Under the pieces are notes generated by a model. It did not search any database. It was not told the DNA's origin and saw only the letters and a program-made list of their open reading frames with translations. Shown piece by piece: positions 24,581-38,099 of a stretch of DNA of 64,000 nucleotides (position 1 is the first letter of the stretch; every line of letters starts with the position of its first letter). Source of the stretch: Camelus dromedarius (lineage: Eukaryota); NCBI RefSeq assembly GCF_036321535.1, contig NC_087436.1, positions 94,242,001-94,306,000 of the forward strand, given 5' to 3'. Both the position numbers and the translations under genes were made by a program.

Positions 24581-27500
24581 CATAGTCCATCTTTGCATTT
24601 CTTTATGATGGTATCCTGTTGAATTTTGCCATATCATTGGTACACTTGACTACAGGAAACAGCTATATCATTTATATGTTATTAATTAGGTCTCTCACAC
24701 TAGGTAGGTACACCAACCTCCAAGCCGGTTTGCCTGATTCTGCATGGCATATTGACAAAGACTGATACTGAACTTAAAAGCTGTCATTATTCTCATCCCC
24801 AATTTTTTTTTCCTTCGCACTCTTAAATAAAAGTTCTTTGCTCCTTTTGTCTTTTTTTCCTAAGATAACTCACATTATAGGTATGAATTTTAGACACTTT
24901 TGTTTGTAGATGTTATTTTTATTAGCTATTGCCATCATACAAATAAGCTGGAGGAATTTCACCCACTACTGAAAAGTTGTACTGACAATGTAAAGGACAT
25001 GTGTAAAAATGGCTTTCATGTGCATGAATAAAGTTCTGGAAGCTGTTACAGACATTCTGATTTATAGAAGAGGTGAGGCACCATCTTCTGAAAATCACAT
25101 AAAACTAGAATTTATATGGCTTATCAGTTCATAATCTGAACAGGTGGGTCTCTAAAATGAACAAAATACATCTTACAGGAACATATAACCAACACAAAGA
25201 AGTCTAGGTATGTTCTGAATTGAAGATATGTTGACCAGTGGTATTTTAACTTCATATAGCAGTTTAAAATTTTTTTTGCACAAATGCCAAGCATGTGTGT
25301 AGATTGTTGGCTTTGGATGAATGCAGTTGTTTTTTGCTTGTTTGTTTTTTAAGATTCTGTTTACAGTATTAAAAATGGTTGAGAAAATCATCCCAGGATT
25401 TCTTTAAGCTCATCAGAAAGTAGCATACTTCTTAAGCTGGTGTTTACTTCAGTAGAAAATTTATATTTGACCTATTGGCAAATCTGAACTAATTTGGCCT
25501 GATCTTTGGGAAGGCAGATTTGAATAAGCATATTCCTTCCTCCTTACCAGTTAACTTTCTGCCTTGGAAATACCCATTTGCTCAAATGATGAATGTTGAG
25601 TTAACAAAGTAAAATTGTGAATTCCATTCCCTTTATTATGGATGCAGCCTTCATGGAGAGAACTCACTTGAAACACCTATGTGAAAGTTTGTACTTACAG
25701 TAGTTATAGATTACAATTAGGCCCCAAGATAAAAACAAAACAAAACATCATGTCATCCAGCTGAGACTTGACACCAGTTGGCATTGCTTATTAGAAAAAT
25801 AGTCATGGGTTCAATGAAGCAGAGGCAGGTGTAGGCAGTAGGGGCAACTACTTTCTTCTGGAAGGCACCGATTTCATCTCTTTGCTGATGGTGACCCAGT
25901 CCTAAGAAGCAGGCAATTTCAGCCCACTATAAATCAAAAAATACTTCATGAAATGGATATGTGCACACAACATAATGTTAAGTGAAAAAAGTAGGACACA
26001 AAACTTGACTTTGAATTCAACTTCTTATATGCACAGATGCAGATGTTAATGGAGGTAACCTCTAGGTGACAGGACATCAGTGATTTTTGTTTTCCTTTTA
26101 TTTATATGAGCCAGTTAGAAAATTATTGGGATTTTTAACTGCATTGAGCAAGTCTGCCTAAGTTTTCTCCATAAACCGTTGTTACTGCTTCAGTCGCAAT
26201 GTGTTTTGCGTAATAACCAGAGATTTTATAGTAGTTGATTCTCAGCGAAGAGTCACTGAACCATAGCTGAACCTTGCAAAGTCATCTTCCTCATCGCTCA
26301 GCCTATGCTGGGTCACATTTAGATGATTTCAACCAGTTGCAAATTCCACTCCCACACAGACTCCAAAAACAAGGGATTCCAGAGGCTTTTGCATTCAACC
26401 TCTTAGAAGTCTTATCTTAAATTTCCCTAAAAATGGAAATCATAGCTGGGAAAGATCCTAGGCTGTCTAGCAGCTTTCGCTTCTCATGCGTAAGATAAAG
26501 GAGTACTCAGAAGTAAAAGAGTGAGGTTTCTGGGAAATTTATTCAGTGTCTGAGCTCAAAAAGAAAGAGGTAGTGGGAAATGCTTGATGCTTATTAGAGG
26601 AAAACATGTTTGTGACAAGCGCAGTCAACGATTGCAAGATTTGGTTTCAAATTAAACCTGCTCTTTTCTTCTTATTATCATTACCTAAATTATTATAGTT
26701 GTGCATTTTTTTAATCATTTAGGAGAAAAGGGAGTATTTTTGTAAATTCTCCTTAATGAGTGCTTTCTGTTTAAATGACATTTAAAATTGTACATAAAAT
26801 TTCAAGGTTAGTCATAAACGATTATCTATTCTTTTTACTTTTTTTAACCACATAAACCTTTAAAAGAACATTTCTATTAAAACATTTTTTTCCAAATAAA
26901 AATTTTAAGTTCTCAAATGTTTATCAGAAACAGAATTGTTTTTATAATTTTGAATAAAACTTTTCTGTGGTATGTTTATTATTCAAAATAGAAAATAGGA
27001 CTGTTTTTGCTCTGTATAATTCCTGCCTTTTAAAATCTTCTAAATATAAAATAATGAGGTTTTTTTAATGCTTTGGGAGGAAAATATTAAATTAAGCTTT
27101 AACTTTGAATTTTTGTCTTTCAGATTCAATTTACAACTTACAATGTACTTGTATGTATCTTAGCATACTTTGTCCTCACAAAAATCTCTGTAAAATAGCT
27201 AAACCATTATCACTATTATTGTCAGCAACCTCATTTTATAAATGAGAAAACTGAAAAATAAAGAGGTTAAGCAACTTATATAAATAAGTCCACACAGCCA
27301 GCGAGAGAGAACCCTCTAGATCAATTTACTCCTATAGCATTTTCCCTCCAGAAAACAAATTCCTTTTTTCCAGTTGATTCATTAAAATACAATAAGAGAT
27401 ACACATTGAAGAGAGACATGCAAAAAACCCCAGAAAATCTGTTATTTTTAAGTGATCATAGATTTATTAATATAAAGAGTAAGATACAAAAATAAAATAT

Positions 27501-29789
27501 CTGTATAATGAAATCCTAATTTTACATGAAAATAATTTGTTCTTACGTCTGAAAGACTAAAATTAATTACGTCAAACAATAATAATGATTATCTCTGGTA
27601 AAATTCGAGATAATTTTTTCACTTTTTAAAAAATTTTTTGCACCTTGCAAATTCTTAGCAGTCAGTAAGGATCAACTGTATAATCCGAAAAATAAACATT
27701 GTAAGCTATCTTTAATAAAGTTCTATAAACATACAGTTCTTTTCTTCAGTGATTCGCTAATGTATTTGGTTTCGCTTCAGTTTTTTGGTTTGCTGGGAAT
27801 TTTTTATTTAAAAAAAAGGCATTTGTGGTTTCAACGTAAATTTTTAAAAGTAATGTGAAGTCACAGTACCATATTTTGAGGATTTGGTTCTCTCTTCAAG
27901 CCCATGTAGCAGTATAGGGCAAGTTTGGAAAAGTTAACCTGAAAAACTATTTCTGTGCTTTTCTTTGTCTCTGCAGTAAGTCCCAAGGTCTAACTGTTAA
28001 CTTGGATGACAACTTGCCCAACAGTCCTTTCTTTTCCTTGCTGAAAGAACCTCTATTTGGTGATGGGCAAAGTGTCCCAAATCAGGGGATGAGTCATAAT
28101 GTCCTGTCTAGTAGAAGAGATTCTTCTGGTTCCTGGCTTCCCAGGTTCCCTTGCAGCTATGGGTAACCATGTGACCCCATTCTACTCAGTGAAATATTCA
28201 GGAAAGCCTTCTTGGGTGTTCCTGGGAAAGGAATTCCTCACCAGTTAGATCAGGGAGAAACATCAGACAGCCCCTGCCTTCCTTTCAGGCTTTGACTGTT
28301 GTCATATGAGAATGCAGTGTTCTGAGGGCTACAGCAGTCATCCCGGGACAAGTGGGAAAGCCCAGAAAACTGCAGAAACCCAGAGCCAGAACATTGTTGA
28401 CCCACTCGCTACCTCTTTATTTTTATTATATGATATAAGAATATCTTTGGCTCCCTGTTGCCAAACTCAAACTTCCCAGCTTTATTTTCAAAGCCCTTCC
28501 TAACATGGCCCCACCTACCTTTCTAGCCCCATCTCCCAACTTATGTCCTGTTCCAGTCATAGTGAACACTCTTTCATGCCTGAAAAGCCTTTCTTTATGT
28601 GCAACATAAACATTGCTTGTTGTGATAGAGACTCTTGGTTTTTCCCCCAAATCCCTTTCTTCAGTGATAGAAAGTAATTTTCAACTGCACACAGTACTGC
28701 CTAAGACAAAGGCTATATGTCCCAGCCCTCCTTTCAGCTGGACGTAGTCATGTGGCTTTGTTCTGGCTCCTGAGGTGTGGGCAACTTCCAGGTCTGTCCT
28801 TAATAGGAAGAGGTGCTCTCTTCTTTGTCCTTTCCTTCTTAGATGCTTAAGTTTGAGCAGCCAACTTGTATCATGAAGTGAAAGCTGTGAGTTGAGCTTG
28901 GAGGAACAAGATAGAGGGAGGCTGGGTCCCTTATGAGCGTGTTGCTGCCACACAAGCACTGGAGCGCCTGCCTCTGGATTCCATCTACGCTGGAGGCAGA
29001 AATAAACTCCTCGCTTGCACATCCCATTATTGGTTTTGAGTTTCCTGTCATTCATAACCTAACCTCATCTTAATTGACATATGAATTTATGAGATAAGCT
29101 AGTGATAAAAATGCTTTTAGAAGAGGGATGACAACAATATCACTGAATTCAGAAGAAATGAACAGAAAGCTGGAGGTCTGGGACTGGCATGCAAAGGAAA
29201 ACAGAAGGCTGAAAAAGAGAGGGCTGTGGGCTAGAAATATGGTGAGAAGCCAGGGCCACTAATGACTATCTGGGGGAGAGGATGGGGACAAAGATTTGGC
29301 AAAAGAAATTTTAAGATTACTAGTAGTAAATCTTAAGTCACCTAGTGTACTCTGCTACGATGTAATTCCCTAATGTTACCATCAAATTCTTGGTAAAAAT
29401 CTGATATGCACAATAGCCTGGTGTGGGCAGGTTTTTTGGAAAAATCAAGGAAAGGGGTTTGAGGTAGAATAAAACAACAGCAGAAGTGAAACAGCAAAAG
29501 GCCGTGCATCCAGTGAAAGCTGGAAATTAGAACTTGTAATAAGCATAAGCTTCCCCAAATCTCCTCAAAAATAGATAGAAATGCTATATTTCTCATTTGA
29601 TATGGAATGATTTTTAGAGCCAGTATTGTGCATGTTTTGATGGCATGTTTACATTCATTTTGCATATCATTTTTCTTAATGCCAGAAATAGAGTCTTACT
29701 AGACATATAGTTTGGCAACTTATTTTTGTTTTGTTTTAACCAATCAGTATGCCATGGACATCGTTCCAAAGAGATTAACCTCATCCTTT

Positions 29790-30430
29790 AATAACAACAT
29801 AGTATTCCATCCTATGGAAGTACCATAATCAACTTAAGTAGTCCATACTGATGTAAATTCACTTTTTTGCTATTGCAGACAGTGCTATAGTTGTACAAAA
29901 CAATATAACGCTTGAGTGCAATAAAGTAGTCTTGTGGAATAAATGACAGGAAGAGACTTTGCAGGGTTTCCAAGTAGATATATTTTTTATTGTAGAGATA
30001 GTACCAAATTACATTCCAGATAAGTCTGCCAATGATGAATGAGACCACCTCTTTGCCTGTACTCTCACCACACTAGGTGTTACAAATCTTTTTTGTTTTC
30101 GTCAGCTTAAAATTGGAATCATGCTAATCAATTAGTAAGATTTCACATCTTTTCAAATATTTACTGGTCATTTGTATTTCTTTTCTGAAATGCATATTTA
30201 TGTCCTCTGCTCATCTTTTCCATTAAATTATTTATTGTTTTCATATTGATTTAGAAAAAGCATTTATATAGTAAAGATATCAATAATTTGTCTATGTATA
30301 TTTTACAAAAATAGCTCTAGGTCTGTCTTTGGCTTTTAATTTTGTTTATGGTGCCTTTTGCTGTGCCCAAGTTTTTAATTTCAGAGATTGCTTAGAAAGA
30401 CTATTTACCACTCTAAAGTGTAAACAATAT
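29790..30430 (-). mobile_element. Decayed ancient L1 3' region
   Basis: tagtattccat...ttttcaaatatttactggtcatttgtatttcttttctgaaatgc motifs. Confidence 0.6.
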
Positions 30431-30489
30431 TTTCCTATAATTATGATTTATCATTCTTTCAAAATTACATAGCAATAATGTAACAGTTA

Positions 30490-30720
30490 AATGAGTATAA
30501 TCCTTAGTGCCAACCTGCCTGAGTTCAAATCCTAATTGTGCTGCGCAACCCAAGGAAAGTTATTTAACTTCTACGTGCCTTGGTTACCTCAACTGTTAAA
30601 TGGAGATAATAATAGCGTCTACACCTCACAGAGCTTTGGGAGGGTTAAACGAGTTAGTGCACACCAGGTGCTTAGAACATTCCTTGCAACACAGAAATCT
30701 TCAATAAACATTAGCTAGTA
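30490..30720 (+). mobile_element. MIR SINE
   Basis: ctgcctgagttcaaatcc...aagttatttaacttctacgtgccttggttacctcaactgttaaatggagataataatag. Confidence 0.8.
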
Positions 30721-32669
30721 TCATTTTGCTGTGTCTTAATGACAGCAGTCTTCCAAAATGTTTTAATACCTCCCTCATAAATAAATGCTCCAGAAATGCA
30801 TCCAATTCTTGTATGTGGCCTTAACCTTTCTGCCACCTGCCTGGATCAGTAAAAATGAAACTCTGCAACTGAAGACAGACAGAAAACTGAAGACTGCAGA
30901 TGAGAAGTTCAGAGGGCCACATAGCAAATCACATACAAGTACCAGTAGCAAAACCCCAGCAAGTTAGAGGCAAATAGAAGAGCATGAGGTAGGAATTGTA
31001 TTTTTCAGCTGTGAGTCTTGCCCTGACAAGGCTCCCAAACAGCAGCTGCACAAACCCGTCTTATTCCATCTGAGGCAAATGTGCCAATAACATTCAAAGG
31101 AAGCTCGTTACCTATGCATTTAGCTTACACACCGAGCAAGTCTCAGGGATGACCCTGTGTGCAAACCTTTCAAAAACTTTGAAAACTTTTTGCTTAGTCC
31201 TGCACAACTTTATGTTGTTATCTGAGACCTTGATCATTGTCCTTGTTATGCATTTTAGCTGAAGATCAAGTTTGTTCATTGTTTTTACAATGATAAAGTA
31301 TGCCCACATTTTGTTAATAATCACTGAAATCTACCAAAAAGGCACATGCTGCCGGAGTACTGGGTACTCTTAGTTCTTGTAATTCCTTAATCTTCCATAT
31401 GTATATTTTTTTTGTTCCTAAAGCTGAATTTTTTTTGTCTTTTTCCTGGTGAGTCTTGCCAGAGTTTTCTCTAAAACACTAACCTATCCTGAGGAACAGC
31501 TTTTGCTTTTACTTACCAACTCTTGTTATATCTTTATTTTCTAATTCATTCATTTTCAGTTTTCTCTATTTCATTCATATTGACACTGATAGGCAACAGA
31601 AGGTAAGGACTGCTTTTTGATTATACTCATTTCCAAGTAAACAGTTCATCTCCCTCTTACTTTCTTTGATTTATTTTGTTCTTTGTTTTCTTTTAAGCTG
31701 CTTAAGTTAAATGCTTAGTCTCTTTCTTTTGAGTTATTCTCATCTCATAATAAAAACATTTAGTTGTGGCAATTTAATCTGAATTTCAAAGGACAAGGTC
31801 ACCCCCAACAGACATCGAGGTGACATATGATTTATAAAAGTAAGACCTGCTCTCACAAGAAAAGGCCTGTGTCAGATGACTGTGGGGAGAAATGACAGAA
31901 CCTTAGAACTGGAAGCAGCCTTGAGGAGAGCCAAAATCCTTCATGCTACAAATGAAGGCTCAGATGACAGATAATGAGATAATTTGTCTGATATTAACAA
32001 GTCAGATAGCCTCACACTAAGTCTATGCTCTAGCTGAGCAAGAAGTCTTAAAAAGCAAAGCAAGGAAGAACTACCTCTTTCCCTCCCTTCCTTCCCTCTG
32101 CATGATACCAGATCACCTAATATCCCACAAAGAACCTAGTCAGCCATCCCCTTTCATAAGCACCCCAATTCCAAAATACTGTCCAAATTCTGCTTTCCAA
32201 GTCGAGCTTCAGCTGGGAACTGCCCCAGGTCTCCTCCTCCCTCACTGGAGGAAAGTTCTAGAAGGCAGAACAAGGCTGGCTGTTGGCAACATCTGCTTTG
32301 ACATTGAATTCTAGATGCAAACACAGAGAGCTTGAATAATTAAAGTTAACTCAGTGAAAAGACATGTTACAGTTATTGGAAACTTTATTATGGCTCCTGC
32401 CCTCATATCCTCTCCCAGTCACCACGGAGTGACTTCATTGCCTTAATCCTGCAATTCTTAACTGGAGCTAGGGGAGAGCTTGCTTGCTTATCAGAATCAC
32501 CTGGAGAGGTTTGTTTGTTTTTTTTTTTTTGGTTGAAATTACACCCGCTTCAACCCTGGAATGACAAGCAATGATCTAATCAAAGAAGAAAGGCGATAAC
32601 AAAAGAGTCAATGGAACCTAGGAAACTAGTTTTGGAAATAATCAGAAATCGAGACAAATGTTCATCAAA

Positions 32670-32819
32670 TTTTTTTTTAATTTTTAAAATTATTATTATT
32701 TCTTTATTTGGGGGGTTAATTAGGTTTATTAATTTATTTTAATGGAAGCACTAGGGATTGAACCCAGGACCTTGTGCTTACTAAGCATGCACTCTACCAC
32801 TGAGCTATACCCTCCCCCC
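32670..32819 (-). mobile_element. tRNA-derived SINE, camelid Vic-1-like
   Basis: Minus strand reads ggggagggtatagctcagtggtagagtgcatgcttagtaagcacaaggtcctgggttcaatccctagtgcttcc, with A and B boxes and an A-rich tail. Flanks tcatcaaat / tcatcacat resemble a TSD. Confidence 0.85.
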
Positions 32820-33189
32820 TCATCACATTATTAATGATGAAAATTTTGATCAGCATGAATGTCCAACAATAGGAAAATAAATTACATTATAGTAATCTAT
32901 ATACAGAATATGTTTATAACTATTATCAATGCTTTTAATAACATAAGAAAAGATGCATAGTTTAACTTCCTTGGTAAAACACAGGATACAAAAATATATG
33001 CAAAGTATGATCTCAAGTGTTTAAATATTTAATTTATATACACAGCAGAAAATGGGAAGAGGAAGATCACCAAAATGCATTTTTGTTTGTTTGTTTTAAA
33101 TGGGATTAATGGAGAGTTTTAAAATTCTATTTTCTTTTTTTCAGTGTTTTTCTCACAAGTTATATTCTTTTATAATCAGAAATAAATTA

Positions 33190-33358
33190 AGATAAACAAC
33201 AAGGACCTACTGCACAGGGAACTATATTCAATATCTTATAATAACCTATAATAGAAAAAAAATCTGAAAAAGAATATATATGTATAACTGAATCACTTTG
33301 CTGTACACCTGAAACTAACACAAAATTGTAAATCAATTATACTTCAATTAAAAAAAAT
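33190..33358 (+). mobile_element. Short L1 3' end (cetartiodactyl type)
   Basis: gataaacaacaaggacctactg...gtataactgaatcactttgctgtacacctgaaactaacac followed by an A tail. Confidence 0.85.
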
Positions 33359-34391
33359 CAAGAAAGTTTTATGGGTATAAACTTTAAATCTGTACCTTCT
33401 ATTTCTTGTAATCAGTTCTGGAGAGAAAAAAAGAAATAAGGAAAAAAAAAACAATTTGAATGTAACCGGCCCACTCACACTGATGTATTCCTGCTGAAGG
33501 TCAGCCTGTTTTCAGGCTCCCTTCACAAGGGAAGGCATCATTGGGAATATATTGACCATCACTCTGAGCCCTTATATACATTTTGTCCTTGCACAGAGCA
33601 CATGTACCTCTAATTCCATCTGTCAAAACCCTGCTTAGGTGCTCCATCTTCCACGAACCTTTTCCAGGCCCTGCCAGTCAAAATAAACTTACTCCTGTTT
33701 CCCTATCACCTTCTCCCCATATCTTTATTGCAGTATGTATCATAAATGCTGCCTTGTAGTATAGCAGTTATGTGTCCTATTGTCTTTCCTGCTATTCCGA
33801 ACCCCTGGAGTACCTAACATGGCAGAGATCACATTTGATCAGCTGTATTCTAAGCAAGGTTCTTTGTCTTCATAGGAAACCTCCCAGAGATGACCGGGAG
33901 TTAGGGCAGCCAACTGCCTTTTGCAACTTTGGGTTATGGGTTGGCTAATATCCAGGATCTGAGCAATTTACTGAGGTGGGATAACAGACAGTTTTCTTAA
34001 ACTGGCCCCTCCGAGGAGACAAGGGGCTCGAAGGAAAGTTGGCCTGATTGCAAGGGATGCCCTCTACTGACAGTGAGAGTAGACTGGGTATAGGTAGAGT
34101 CTGGGATAAGGAGTTGGGGGAGCAAATAGACAACACCTGGGAAGTGTCAATTGGACCCACTCCCAAAGACACCTACAGGGAAAACTGGGTGGTGCTTTTG
34201 CAAAAAGACAAAATTCTTAGCTTTGGAACATCATAGATGCAATGTAATTATTTGTTCACTTAGTCATCAAACATTAACACAGGCTATGTGCTGGGTATTG
34301 AAGATTAGACTATATATTGCTGGGAAGGTTATAGTGAAATGGTCACTCTCACAGACTTAAATGCAGCTGAGTTGAATTGATTTAAACCCAC

Positions 34392-34812
34392 TATATTAGT
34401 TTGCTGGGGCTGCCCTAACAAAGCGCCACAGGCTGGGTGGCTTAAACAACAGAAATGTGTCATCTCGTGCGTCTGGAGGCTGGAAGTCCAAGAGCGACGT
34501 GTCAGCAGGGCTGATTCCTTCCGAGGCTGTGAGGGAAGGGTCTGTTCCTGGCCCCTCTCTTCTTGGTTGTAGATAGCCTTCTAATCCCTGGGTTTCTTTA
34601 CATTCTATCCCTCCTATGCGGAGCTCTGTGTCCAAATTCCCCTTTTTATAAGGACACCAGTGTATTGGATTAGGGAGCACCCAAACAAATGACCCATTTT
34701 AACTTGATTACCTCTGTAAAGACACTGCCTCCAAGGAAGACCACATTGTGAGGTACTGGGAGTTCGAACTTCAACATGTGAATTTTGGGAGAATACAATT
34801 CAGCCCGTAATG
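34392..34812 (-). mobile_element. MaLR solo LTR, MLT1 family
   Basis: Typical ggcttaaacaacagaaat...ctggaggctggaagtccaag...cttcaacatgtgaattttggg; 5-bp TSD cccac/cccag. Confidence 0.85.
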
Positions 34813-37800
34813 CCCAGCCACATTGTGGGGGATAGCCCAAAGCTAAGTCCAGACACCATCAGGCAGCCTTGAACTGCTTCTCTGGCCACGTTGCTTGGGG
34901 ATTAGCACCCACATTATCCCTGGGGGCAAAGGAGCAGGGACACCAGTCACAGCAGCACAAGGTGTGAGATGGCACTCACATCCTGCCAAGGGGCCGGCAG
35001 GCTTCTCTGAAGCTCGAATCCTATTTTCCTGTCCACTTCCTGGCAGCAGGGATAGGTCCACAGTAAACAAGGACGATGATAGCAGGTTCTGGACCTTCAT
35101 TGTGGAGGGCTTTGCCAAAGGCAGGAAACAGACTGAGAAAAGTGAGAGCCCGGTCCTTTAAATACGCAGCCCAGCGAGACAGGCTAAACACATCTGAACG
35201 TCTCCACCAAACCCCAACATAACCGATAAAAGCATTAAACCGAATACCACTAAATAAAGCAGATTGGCATCTGCTTTCACTGAAATATAAAACTGAATTT
35301 TCAAACAAGTCCCAAAAAACAATTAAATCTCTCAATTGTATACATGTAAAATATCTACTTCATATCATTTACTAGTTTCAATCCCTTTCCAAACACCAAA
35401 CAGGAACTAAAGTAGAGAAGACATCACTGAACAAAATGAGGATATTTGAAATACAGTTGCTCTTCGTAAATGGCCCATGACACATTAACTCAATCATTTA
35501 AGTTAATGCATAACTCGACATAGCTATTGAACAGGAAATGATCTCATTTGGTAGCATCTGGCAAAAAAGATACAGCTGAAAATATATATATAGTCAACAA
35601 TTTTCAATTAGAGCACAAAAACAGATAAGATCTGCTGAGCTCACTCATGTATCCTCATTAGAAGTCTACCTAGTGCGTTTTCTGTTTTACCTGTAATCTT
35701 TCAATCTTTTACCACAATGAACTCTTACATTGGGATGGTTAGTGCGTGTAAGTGTGTAACGAGTAGGTAAAAAAAATTTAAGGTTAATGATTGAGGGTGC
35801 GTTAAGTGTGAAGAGTGAAGACTCTATGTCATCCAGTTGCTAAATTTTGGTGTAGAAAAGATACAGGGATTCCTTTTAAACCTCAAAGATATCTGGTTAG
35901 TATTCTGAGCCTCATCAGAAGTGGGTAATAAAGGAAAAATGCATAAAGCATTATCTACCAGCACGCTCTTGAAGAAGTTGTGCTGGATTCATGGGCTTAT
36001 TTCTGATCCCTGCTGGTAAAGTCATAATAAGATCTTCAAGTGTATCACATTCTATTCTGAATTATTGCTGCCATTAGGGAGAGAATCCACATCTGGGATG
36101 TTAGTGAACTCCTTGGCTGGCTTACGCTTCAACCTTGATTTCAACCTCATGCAAGCAAGCCTTACCCAAGAACTCCAGACAAAGCAACAGTCCTTGGATT
36201 TGTGTTCAGACTCTTTTTCTTCTTCCTCTCCCCAACCTCGTCAGAGTAGTTGTGATTAGGACAAAACCCCAAAACAAGCAAGCAAAGGAAAGAAGGAAAG
36301 GTGTGGATAATCAACACCCATGTGTGTGCTAACAAGTACAGATAACATCACTTACACGTTGAGAAACAAAAATCAGTACTGATATTCCAAGGGGAATGCA
36401 GCACTTCGACATCAGAAAGTAATCCTTCCACTCTCATTTATAACTAGTTAGACTTAAAATGTTGAAACCATAAAGTGGATGTAAGCATTCAGACATTGGC
36501 CTCATCATTTAGAGTTTACACCAACAAGATACTCTTTTTTAAATAATGGTAGAGCAAAGATAAAATTTGGGGAAAAAGATCTTTTTTAAGAAAATCAAAA
36601 CAATCTTCCTTGATATCAACAGGGTGATCATTTTGACTCAAGTCTATTTCTGTAAACACAGGCAATAAAATTGGAAATTGCCCAATCTTAATTAATTGTA
36701 AGAGCTCCTTAGAGATAATGCTGCTTGTGAAGCCCACGACATCTGGTCCATATCACAGCCCTTTCCACCGTTCTTCAGAACCCACATATACATCCAACAT
36801 TGCCACACCCACTCTCCAAACCTAGCACTTTCTTATATTCATCTGTACGTAGGCAGATAGGCGTGTACTTTTATCTTCTTGTTTACCTCCACCCTCCATC
36901 TGGCCCCTCAACCAAAGTTAACTACCTGCTGTTTATCTTTACGTAGCCTTCGTCTTGTTCATATAATCATAAGTATACACATATCGGAGTTGCCATTAAC
37001 TGTTTTACAAAAATAGAATTATATTATATACCCTTTTCTGATTTTATTGTTTGATTGCTTAACAACCATACATCATGGCATGCCTTAACTGGTAAGAATC
37101 TGTGGAAGATTGTATTTTCCAAAAATAGCCACAATGTGTCCTGTCCCACGTGTTCTTCCAGAACCTTGCCACTGACCCCTAAAAATGTGGGATCTGGTTC
37201 CCCTCCTCTTGAACCCACAGTGCCTGTGACTGCCTTGACAAATAGAATGTGGCAAAAGTGATGGCTTGTGACATCTAAGATGAGATTAGAAAAGATGACA
37301 CATCTTCCGCCTGCTTCTCTCCCCGTCTCCCCGTCTCCCTCTCTTTCTCTCTCACCAGCACCATGTTGTGAGGGAGCCCGAGCTATATTGGGAAACCTGG
37401 TGTAGAATTTCTTACTGACAGTTCCAGCTTAAGTCTCAGCCAACAGCCAAACGGCCAGACATGTGAGTGAACGAGCCTTCAGATAATTCCAGATCCCTTC
37501 CATCAAGTCACCCTCAGCTTTGTCTCCCAAATGATGCCTCGGACACCATGGAGAGTAAACCACCTCCAACATGCATGTAATCTCTGCCGAGACTTGTCCG
37601 CATCCCTGACCCATAGGGTCCATATTCTTTATCTTTGGCGGGGGGTGGGGAGTGCTTTTGATTTACTTACCTTTACTACTGTTTTCTACGTTTCATTAAT
37701 TTAAGCCTTTCTTTTTATTAATTCCCTCTTCTGATGTCTTTTTGGTTCTTTTTCTAATTTTTTAAGATAAACACTGAGTTCTTGTATTTCTGATCTTTGC

Positions 37801-38099
37801 GTAGTTTTCATTGGGTCTTGTAGATTTGGCTTTGTGGGTTTTCCTTTTCCACTTTAGAAAGTTTACAGTTTTAGTTTTAGTTTCTAATTTGATGCAAGGA
37901 TTATTTAGGAAGGTAGCCTTTCTTTTTTTTTTTGGATGGACTTTTTTCATTTTAATATTTTTATGAGGTATAATTGACATACAACCCTATGTTAGTTTCA
38001 GGTGTACAACACAATGATTTGACACTTGTATATATTATAAAATGATCACAGGAGGGTAGTCCTAAATTTCAAATTAGTTAAATTATCTTTTAAATTTTT

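Noticed and set aside
32740..32819. tRNA-like sequence (also 55893-55970)
   Set aside because: A and B boxes are followed by an A-rich tail, with TSD-like flanks and no intact acceptor stem; these are SINEs, not tRNA genes.
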